Shown here one piece after another: positions 25,838 through 37,326 of a DNA stretch of 64,000 bases. The DNA is taken from positions 7,275,814-7,339,813 of the forward strand of contig CM119264.1 of NCBI GenBank assembly GCA_051294375.1, in the 5' to 3' direction. Numbering within the stretch: the first letter of the stretch is position 1; every line of letters begins with the position of its first letter. The notes under the pieces were generated by a model. That model ran no database searches, was not told the DNA's origin, and was given only the letters and a program-made list of their open reading frames with translations. The translations under genes and the position numbers were made by a program. The DNA comes from Paraspadella gotoi (Eukaryota; Animalia; Chaetognatha).

Positions 25838-28800
25838 AGAGAGAGAATAAAAGAATAATTATTTTTCTCGTCAATATACTTCAAAACAATTTATCATTAC
25901 ATCATTTTAAAAATTCAGAATAACGTTACTAAAATGACTGAATTTCCTTAATTAAAATCCATTCGCTATATAATCAGGCAAAGAGTCCGAAGCCGCCACT
26001 CAATATGTCGACGACAACAACAACAACAACGACGACAACTTCGAAAACTATCAATCCTACGGCGACGCCTTCGATCATCTCGGTTCAGCCCTCGTCGTCC
26101 TCTTCGTCCTTCTCACAACCGAGAACTACCCGGATGTAATGATACCCGCCTACAACGCCTCCGGATGGAATTTCTGGTGCGACGCCCTCTTTGCGGCAGT
26201 TGTTGTTGTTATTATTGTTTTTATTTACATGGTTTTATTTTGTTTACATCGTTTTTGTGAAACGTCACCTGTAGTTTGAGATGGTGATGAAAATGATGAT
26301 GAAGATGATCACACACTTCGGAGTAATGATAATGATAAAGCTTTGGATGATAAAGTTGACGATAAAGATTATGATGATGAGAATCCCGAGGACAAAAGAT
26401 GATGCCAATTGCAATGATATTATTGCTGCCGATGAAGACTAATTCATAGTCTTCATAGTCTGTGATGAAATATATAATAATGACGATGATAAAGTTGGTG
26501 ACGAAGACTTTAATAATAACGACGATGATGATAACGTTGACATCGCTGATATCGACTTTAATGATCAATGACATCAATGATAGCAAATGAACCCCCAATG
26601 TCACCGATGACAACTTGTAACGACCCCAGGTTCTTCGGCGTCTTCACCTTCATCGGCGTCTTCCTCGTGACGCCCGTCCTTCTCGCCATCATCGTCGACG
26701 CCTACTGGGAATTCTCCAAGAAGAAAGTCAAGTTGGAGAGAAAGAGGGAGAGGATGGCCTTCGCTAAGGCTTGGAACATCATTGATGTTGAAGGAACCGG
26801 GTCCTTGTCCATCAGGGATAGAAGGTAGAGGAAATGGGGGGGGGGGGTTATTCGCCAACGTTATATTTATGTCGTATTATACAACGGAGGAAAGGAAAAT
26901 AGATCGAGGAAAATAACTAACATATATTGAGCATTCTCGGTGATTAAACTAATTATAATTTATCTGATTTTGATAGTTTGATTTCTTTGATAATTTTAAA
27001 TTTTTCTTGCTGAAAGAAAATTGGTGGTAAATGGTGAAAAAGTCACTTCACATTTGTCTCCCTCACTTTCCCAACCTCCTTTCCTTCTCGGCCTTTCCTA
27101 TTTTCTTCCCCACCCATTCCCCACCCATTCCCCACCCATTCCCCACCATCCCTTCCCCAACCGCCCTCCGCGAATCCCCCATTTAAAAGATTCTTCAAGG
27201 TGCTGCAGACCTTCCGCTCCTCCTACTCCGACGAGGAAGTTGAGGAGATCCTCGACACGATCGACGAGAAGGGGGACGGCGTCGTCGACAGCTACGAGTG
27301 GACGGTCGGCCTCTACGACGCCTTGGCCATCGTCTTCGAAAAGGTACGATATTCTATAATTGTAACCGATTGTTGTTAATAATTCTTAAATAGATATAAT
27401 TTATATTATATAATTTAATATAATATATAATATATAATGTATAATTATATAATTTATATTATAAATTTTATTTTTCTCGTAGAAAAAAAAAAAGTGAATT
27501 TTATTTCTACTCTTTGTTTCTTAATTATAAAAAGAGATAACAGGGTGAGCTTTTGCCCGAAGAGGCTTAAAAAAAAAAAGATCATCGTGAAAAATTGTTT
27601 GAAATTTTTTTTTTTTATTCTTAATTATTAATAATTAATGTTTTGATACCTCATCTTTACGATACCTACGATTAAAGTGATTTGCTTCTGAACTTATTTC
27701 ACCATTTTAATGAAAAAATAAAAAAAACGTGATCTATGTGTCCAAATTGTCCCCTTCCCCCGCAGCTCCCGACTCCAGTGGTTTTCCTCAGCGGCCCCCT
27801 CTGGTGGCGCGAGCTCCGTCGAAAGGCTCGTCACCTCCTCTTCCTCCTCCCCCGCGTCGTCGTCTTCCTCATCATCACACACACGCTTCTCTTCTGCGTG
27901 CACTGGCACGGGATGGATCCCCGGGCGGAGATGGCGCTGCAGAGTCAGTGGCGGGATGTGGGGGGTATCCAAAGCAATTTAGCAATCAAATCAAATTAAT
28001 CATTCTTTTCCGTCAATCTCTCTATATATATATAAATCTAATTAATAATCTAACAAAACAAAATTCGATTCAAATTCCAATCATCCAGTCCTCAAGACCC
28101 TTCACGTGGCCTTCTTCGCCTTCGAGACTCTCCTCAAACTCCTCGGCCTCGGCGACGAACTCTTCGACGTCGTCGAGATCCTCGACGTCGTCCTCGTCGT
28201 CGTCGCCGTCGTCGCCGACGTCGCTTGGTTCCTCGTCGTCGAGGACGTGAGCCTCGTGCGCGGGAGGATGGACTTCAAGCCGCTCGTCACTTCCGTGCTG
28301 TCCAGGTGACGACGTTTGGTGACGAGGGTGTTGAGATGACGACGACGATGACGACGTCGAGGTAAATTTAACCAAAATGTCGGCGATGAAGAAAAGGGAT
28401 TTTTTTTTCTCGACCTTCTTTATAAGGACTACAGACTTTTAGTTTAATAAGTTCTATTTCAGTATTTAACTTTTATTAAAAGCCACGACTGATTAATGCA
28501 TTGGTTTATTTTAAAGGCTACACTAATAATTTTTTGCAATAAAGTCATTCACTTATTCAATAAACAAGCCATTATCTTTCCCATGACATTGAATTCTATA
28601 TTTTGATTTTAATCTTAAGCAGAAATCCTTCCTCTTTTTCTTTTCATCTGAACATTTCGAAAACATTTGTCATTTGATCTTTTTTAAGGCGTCAATCGAA
28701 ATTAAAGCGTAATGGGTTACATAAAAATTTTACAATTTTTTTACAGCACGGCCATTATTATTCGACTTTTATTCAACTCATATCAAACGAGGCGGGTGAT

Positions 28801-31800
28801 AAAAGTCGTCACGGAAATATTGCCAGTAGTTAAAGGTAAATCTTTGAAATATTAGGTCTTTTTCGTCGAGACGACAAATATTTCGATTGTCAGATTTGGT
28901 CGTGCTGATGCTCATTACTCTTTACTCTTTCGCCATCTTGGGAATGCAATGCTTTTTCGGTCGAGAGGCACCGGAAGAAAAAGTCTACGATTCAAGTCAT
29001 TTGGAATACAATTGTGGATTGGGGTTCGAATCGGTCACGTGAGTTTAATGTAGAAAAGAGGGGTATGCAAAATATGATGGGGTTGTATTAAGATCGAACA
29101 TTTTATTTGTATCTAATTCATGAAGAGAGTTGATAATATTTTTTGTCTTTTCCTAATAAATCAAAACATAACTTTTAGGTTGGAGTATGAGTAAGTTATT
29201 TTTTGCGATTTTATTAATCATCGAAAAGACTCCTTTCAAAAATTGAAAAAGTAATTTCGTTTACATAGAATTACCTAGTAAAATATATAATAGAACTTGA
29301 TTAAAAACTTGATTAAAAACCTGATCTTTGAACTACGTACAATTTCATTATTTTTTTTTACCTTTACCCCTTCAGTTGTTCCCTGCTGGTCGTATTCCAG
29401 ATGATGACCACTTCCAACTGGCACGACATCATGAACTCCGTCGTCGTTCAAACCTCCAAATGGAGTTCCATCTTCTTCATCTCCTGCTACGTCGTAGTCA
29501 ACATGGTCATCATGAACTTATTGGTCGCCATAGTGATTGGTAAGTAAAAACAAAGATATCGCGCCTCATGGGCTTAATACATACCAGGCTTCACCTATTT
29601 TCCATGCAGCGAAAATAGGAAATTATAGGCATTTTATCGGTCAACCACTGTTATTATCATTCATAAATTTTTTTTACAAATATCGTATATAAATCATGTC
29701 ATATCTCGTATGTATTGTCAAAAATTTCCCGGATAGGGTACGCTTCGATTGCGACTTTCAAAGTTTAATATCTGTTTTATTTCAAATTGACAGTTTCACA
29801 CAAAACTATAACTTCCAGGAGAGCCACCGAATCTGACCCCAAAAAACTTTAATAGCTCTCTAACCAATTAGAATTTCAATTTCAATTTCATTGATTCAAT
29901 ACAATCAATAATAGTGTGAGTTTTTATAGGTAGCTTCATCCCATGGCTATTGGCTAATTCAAAGTGTCTACCTAAATCAGCAAGGCAAAGTTCAGGTTGC
30001 TTTTTCAAGTTTACATCGGAGACTCCTATTATTTCCCGATCAACAATTTAGGTTACTTCCTTACTTCGATTGTCTCTGGCTTGTAATGGAACTGAAACCT
30101 GACTTAAAAGTTCTATTAATTCGGTGCAAGACAAAAAATAAAAATTGTCCCATTAGTCCTAATAATTCCCGGAAATTTTTTCTTACCAAAATCTACAATT
30201 TGGTACAATAAGGTGAAACTTATATAGGTCAACTAAATGACCAGGGAAAAATGACCGGACGCGAGATCACAAAATCTTTCAGTCAATGATGGTCGATACG
30301 CAAGTTCCCCAGACAGTTCCACGAGATAATTGAAGGACTTGAAGTTTGCTTTTCTGAATTTGGATTAAAGTTCGATTGAACAATTTTTCATCTCTTAGAG
30401 TTCTTGCATTTTGACTTCAGTTGCACCCCGCCATACCTTAAGTAATATTTGGTTGACACCCCTGATGAACCTTTGAAAGGCTTTGGTTTTGAGGCTGCTT
30501 TGATCTTGGTGTCGTTGAATAAAGTCAGGAACAATGATGCGATATTGATGGCGTTTTGTTGGCGGACGTTTTGATTATCCACATTTTCGGATTTCTGGAA
30601 AACTGGAAAGCTGCTGCGATGAAATTTCTTTGGTGCGGAATTCAAAAAAAGTTTTAAAAAGTGCTGGCTAATAATACTAAAATGTTTTTTCTATCATTTA
30701 AAAGTTGTTTCTTAAAAATCGGACAAAGAGTATAGAAAACGTTGTAGCACCAATGGTATATATAGGTTAGAGCGTTGAAAAATAACAAAATATAACAAAT
30801 CAAGTGAGGTACATAGCTATTTTAGTGTAATGTAGTCTGTAGAATTCGATGGTGATGACCATTTTTTGTATAATTTTATCTTTCTTGTCGTAAATGACGG
30901 TTTTTAATGTATATAAAATTGTTATAAAATAGCAAAAGCATTATAAGTTATGATAAATCAAATTATTAAAATTTTATAAAATTTATATGAGCTTTTGAAC
31001 TATAAAAATTAAGACTTATAAAAATATTTTGGTAAGTTTATTTCTAAATTTTATGTTTTATAAAAAGTTAGTTAACTATATTTATTAATAATTATGAGTA
31101 AAAATTAGGTTAAAGTTAAAAAAGAATAATTTCAAAATTTTTTTATGGATTTGCATTCTTTGCAAAAAGTTGATGTAAGAAAATAAAATTTTTATATCAA
31201 AATTATGTCATTAAGTGGGTCAAAATTCAGAAAAACTATAATTTTAAGCCAAAAATTGAAAAATTAAACAAAAATAATAATTTTTAATATTTTTAACCTA
31301 CTTAATGAAAGAATTTTTTAAAATGGATTATACTTTCTTATTATACTTTCTTACAACTTTTTGTAAGGAATTCAAATCCGGTTTTAAAATTTTAATTTTT
31401 GAATTTTTTCACTTTAGCTTATTTTTTATTATTATTTATTAATAAATATAGCTAACAAACTATTAATAAAATATAAAATTTGTAAATAAACTTACCAAAA
31501 TATTTATATGGGTCTTTATTTTAGTATTATGTAAATTAAATATGGCTTTTATAAAATCTTAATAATTTGAGTTTCTTATACTCTACAATGTTTGCTCCAT
31601 TTTAATAACACCTTATATGCTGCAAAAATCGCCATTTCCGACAAAGAGGATGAGACTATACAAAAAAATGGTTATCATCATCGAATTCTACAGACTTTAT
31701 TACACTAAAATAGCTATGTACCTCACTTGATTTATTATATTTCGTTATTCTTCAACGCCCTAATATAGGTGCTTCAACGTTTTCTTTGGGGTCAGTTTCC

Positions 31801-34800
31801 CTGGCTCTCCTGGTAAACAAAAAAACAAGGTAAAAGCTAATGATAAATAGAATGATAAATAGAATCGATGTCTGAAAAGATTTTCAGAACAGCCTTTAAA
31901 AAAGTAAAAAAGAAATCATCTTAGAAATATTACGATGTTTCAATTTTTGATCTGGTGTTAATAGTCTCGAAAAGAACTAATTACTATATTGTATAAAAAT
32001 AGGTTACAAACGTTGTAAGATGGATAGCCAAAGTCAGTATGCTTCCATAATCTGTGAACTCTGTTTCAAAAAAAAACATGTTAAAAAACTCATTTAAAAA
32101 AATAGTGACATTTTGTTGAGTTAGACAAACATCCAAGTTATTTAATGGCAGAAAACGAAAAAAATAGTCCAATATTACTATTTCTTGTGAATATGATGAT
32201 GAAAAAAAATTTGAGTAGAAAAAAAGTGGTTCGTTATCAAGTATTACTTTTTCAGGTTTCAACCAAAATTGAAAAATTAAAAAAATAATAAAATAACACA
32301 ATGAAACGGAAATGACGTATAAAAATTTGTATACTGGTAAAATTGTCGATCTGACTTTCATTAAGAAAGCTGGATAAATAAAGATTAGAAAAAGACTGAG
32401 AATAAAAAAAAAGGAAAAATTATCTTGAAAAACTAAGTAAACCAGAAGTTTATTGTGTATAGTTGCATAATCAATCATTTTCAGTTGAAAATCATCTTGA
32501 GACAATGTACAAAAATCTGTAATTTTTTTTTTAAGATACTGTCTAGTATTTTCACTTACTAAATGTAGAGTAAAAATCGAAGGTAAAATCAAAACTAATC
32601 CATTAAACGTTAACATAATTGTGCTAGAAAACTTTTTCACGATTCTCTGAACAATGTTCATGATAAAAACCACGATCATAATTAAATATAAATTAGACAA
32701 AATTCGTCCTAATTGATACATGACTCCTGCTGAAAAAGTTAGCATGCGCCGTAAATCTGACCTTCTGTTATTATCGACCAGTTTTGGCATCATTTCTTTA
32801 TATATTTTATGTTTTTCTTTGAAATTGAAACAAAATACGATCTGAATAATGATCAAATATAAGGTAGTCCCATACAGAAAAAAGTATGAAAAAATTATTT
32901 TTCGATTGCTTTTCGTAAAAAATGGCAAACTCCATAAATACAAAATGGCAAAAATTAAATCTATCAGTACAATTAACAAAAAAATGTCTACATCTTTAGG
33001 AAACAAATTGTGATTGCCCATTTTTAATCGATAAGTAAATTGACTTGAGTGATTTTCTAAAGATATGCACTGTTCTATATTCTTTATGCATTTAGAACAA
33101 CTGTTTAATTTTTCCCAATTTACAAGGCCCGATCCATAGTCAATTGTTACAAGACTGGTCGCAGATCCACTGAAATTCACCAAAAGGCGAGGAAACCTGT
33201 CAAGTTTGAGAAAGTGCAATCCAGAGGAGACACGTTCTTGAAAACTGTCCAAAAGCTCGCCAAAAAAAAAATTCTTTTCTAAACATAACATTCCGGACAA
33301 AAGTACAATAGAAAATGTTGGAGTTATCACAATTGTGTACCAGTAGGAGTCAGCCGAAAATCGTTTATACAACAATGTATCAATTTTTAAAAAAATTCTT
33401 CGGCAGCTAAAAGTCTAAAAACGAAAAAAGGTGCCACGACCAGTAAAATCATAGAATAGCTCCAAGCTTTCAGAAACACTACAGAGAGACAAGCTGTCAT
33501 ACCACACATTCCCTGAATCGTTCCTAAAATCATTGTTACATAAAATCGCTTTTGGCTAAGTTGAGCGCATTTGATCAGACATGTGGCGCGATAAATGGAC
33601 GCTGCTTTGGCGATGCTTAGTGTGGACAGCACCACGGAAATCACAGGGAAATAATTTCGGATTTTCCACCAACAAAAATACTCAAAAAATTCTTGGCAAT
33701 TGCAAGACTCGCTTAATAAGGAAATGACTCCATCAGCTTCCAAATGTAACAGGAAACCTTTATTGACTTCAAATGCGTTTAAGGTCAATGGAAAACACTG
33801 CACTGTGGTTCCTATTGTCTCCGACACCAGGAATGCTGCAGATTGTAATAAAATTTGAGGAAAGGCCTCGAAGATTGCGTGGATCATGTTTAGACAATTG
33901 AGCACCTCTTCTTTCTCTTTGGAGATTTGACATCTTTCTTTGACTAAAAGAGATGCAGAATTATTGTCTTGGTTGCTGCCATTGTTGTTGCTTTTTTTAT
34001 TAGAATAATTTTTTAAATTTTGATGGTCATATTTCGATTTATGGTCGTTATTTTCATCTATGCTGTCCGCAGACATTTTGTCCAGATATTGATCAATGGC
34101 AAAGACTTCTGAAGCTAAACCCACAATGGATGCAGCCAAAGTCCAAGCTCTTTGTACATTGCCTCCAACAAGTCTCCCATAATTGTTGCTGCATCGATGA
34201 AGAATTCTCAAAGAATAGCTCGTCGAGATGACGCAGTGACAGAGCACAATGCAGAAGGTCATAATGCCCAAAATCTTGTAAGACCAGGCCGGTGAAGAAA
34301 TAGCTTGGTAGCCGGCCTGAAAGTCTGTGGCGATATCTAGCACATTGAGAGACGATGACATGACCAGAATCACCAAGTGGATATTTATCATTTTTCAGTT
34401 TTCAATGACTGTGAATTTAAATATTAAATAATCAAAAAATTGAAAATGTTGAATTAACATTAAGGTTGAACAGGTGAAAAAAAAAGTTTCGAGATTTATC
34501 TTGTAGAAATTATAGAAAATTTTTTTTAGAAAATTTAAATTTTTATCATATTCTGATAGAGCTTAAAAAGTTAAATAAAACTTTACAAACATTTAATATT
34601 TTTATTAGTCAATGAAAGATATTATTTTTTTTATATTTTTTGACTCACTTATTGTCAATTTTAAATAAAAATATAATAATAATGTATATTGTGTGAAATC
34701 CTTTCTGACATTATGAGAAAAGTTTAGCCCACCTTGAAGAATATAATTGCTCGGGGACTTGCCTCCTCCGTTTTTTGGAAATAAGAGGAAGTAAGATTGG

Positions 34801-37283
34801 AAGCAAGATGGAGGCGGCGCGAACGGAAACTCGCTCAACGACGACGCCTGACTTAGTTGGGCGAAAGCCATTCAAGCCAATCGTAAGTCTCAGCTTGAGT
34901 CCTTTTGTCTCGAGGGTCTTCTTTTGTTTGGAACGATCGTCGTCCTTCTTTCTTCGCCTGCGAACGACGTCTATGATTTTCCAGCGATGTTTTGTTTAAA
35001 CGTTGAATGTTTATATAATATTGAAAAAGGCCCATGCTTCCATCACTACGGCAAAGAACCCCTGGGGATCGAGACTAAAGGGACCTCGCTCCGTATATAC
35101 TATTTCAAGTTCGTTGTGTTTGATAATAGACGAAAATAACGTAAATATTTGTTTATTTACAACAACGGTAGAGTTTATTAATCGTACATGTTTCGGGTTT
35201 GTTACAAGCCTTCTTCGGTGCTTTTTGACAATTGTGAAAATAGCATACAGAACTAAAAATAAAAGAAGAAAAAGTGGTTCCAGAGGGATTCCTCCCAAAG
35301 AAATTCCGTCCCACACAGGATTCCTCCCGCACGGGACTAAGAGGTGAACTTAGGTAATATTTTGCCTGATTAACTGAGCAAAGTGTTCTGAAATTGCCTA
35401 GGTAAAGAAATGATTTTTCTTAATAAAATATAGGCAATTTATGAATCAAAATATTTTGCTTATATTTATTTTTAAAGATAAATAAAACAATATATTATGG
35501 CAACAGCCGGGTTGCCTGTGATGCCCATTGGGATGGGCATCTCACTGTTGGCTTTGGGGCTTCCGACCCTCAGTGACGCCTCCAGTCACTGGCGCGGTTA
35601 CCCTAGGACGGTCTCGCTTCGCCAACGCAGAGGGAAGTCGTTAGGACTGTGGATGGAACACTACACTTGGGATGGTGTGTTCCCCCTCTGAGCCAATGGA
35701 TTTGGCTGAAGGATGGTGGACGTGAGGCGGTTGTGAATATACCGCCACAGGATCCCCGGCCAAGACATCACTCAGGTTCCTCAAGCCTGAGAGGTGTCTG
35801 ACAAGACTGTTACCATAGTGGGAGAAGAGGAAAGAGAGAGCGCGAGTTGTGGGGGCATAGGCGTTTGTCGTAGCGTACCCCAGGGGCATAGGCGTTTGTT
35901 CGTAGCGTACCCGAAGTTGGCAGGGCATAGGCGTTTTGTCGTAGCGTACCCTGAGAAGGTTGCGTGTTCGATAGTAGGGCTCACCACTTATGGCAACAGC
36001 CGGGTTGCCTGTGATGCCCATTGGGATGGGGCATCTCACTGTTGGCTTTGGGGGCTTCCGACCCTCATGACGCCTCCAGTCACTGGCGCGGTTACCCTAG
36101 GACGGTCTCGCTTTGCCAACGCAGAGGAAGTCGTTAGGACTGTGGATGGAACACTACACTTGGGATGGTGTGTTCCCCCTCTGAGCCAATGGATTTGGCT
36201 GAAGGATGGTGGACGTGAGGCGGTGTGAATATACCGCCACAATATTTTCTTTTATTGTTTTAATTTCGTTATCAACTATATTTTCAATTTGTTATTACTA
36301 TATTTTAAGCCCAAAAATACTTTTCCTAGATGGTATGAAATATGATTATCAATAGTAGCATGGCATTAAGTCTGTAATCTACTTGGCTACTACCAGAACC
36401 AGAACCAATAAAATTATTAAGGAAGATTAATTAATTGATATTAATTAATTAATTCATTAATTAACAGATAGTAAAGAAATTAGTAATAACAATGAGGATG
36501 CATACATTTAAAGAGATTTGCAATGTACGTAATTCAGTTGTATCCTGATATGATTGACAAGATTAAAACCTCGATCAAAGATGATGTAACAATGTACCCA
36601 AGACTCAAGTCGCCCATAAATATTTTGTATCTTATTAAAAATGGCAAAGCTTACTAGAATTCTATGCAGAATATGATATGGATTACTCAATACCTCCCAA
36701 GCTGATTATATTAAAAATTCGAGCTCAATATAGAAAGTAAATATCCTATGGATATAATTTTCAAATATTGTGTTGTTTCTTACTTTCGTTGTGTTTTTAA
36801 GATTTGGAGAGAAAAGAATTTCTTTAACAACAACGACTTTTATTATGATTAAACATACATGTTTCGACTTAATTTGCAAATCTTCATCAGTGCTTATTTA
36901 ATTTTGATAATACATAATTTTTGTTTCACAAGTAAACAGTGAGAAGGATGGAGGGAAAGAGAGAGAGAGAGAAAATAAATGTTTCTAACAAAGAAATAAA
37001 AAAGGACAGTGGTCAGTTTTGAGGATAGGGTAAGTTTGAGCAGAGAGAGAGAAGGTGGTGAAAAGAAATTAGAATTTGGCAGAGAGAGAGAGAGAGAAAG
37101 ATGCAGAGGTCAACAATTAGATCAATACATTATACATCTTATACATCTTATACATTATTCATCTTTCTTTCTCTCTGCCAAATTTCAATTTCTTTTCCTC
37201 ACCACCTTCTTTCTCTCTGCTCAAACTTACCCTATCCTCAAAGCTGACCACTGTCATTTTTTTAATTCTTTGTTGGAAACATT

Positions 37284-37326
<43 letters not shown>

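Noticed and set aside
30388-30645. 85-aa ORF inside the TIR element as a transposase fragment
   Set aside because: No DDE or zinc-finger motif recognisable.
34775-35140. GC-richer, coding-looking patch upstream of the XK-family gene
   Set aside because: Joining it needs an implausible ~31-nt intron and there is no motif; it may be promoter or UTR.
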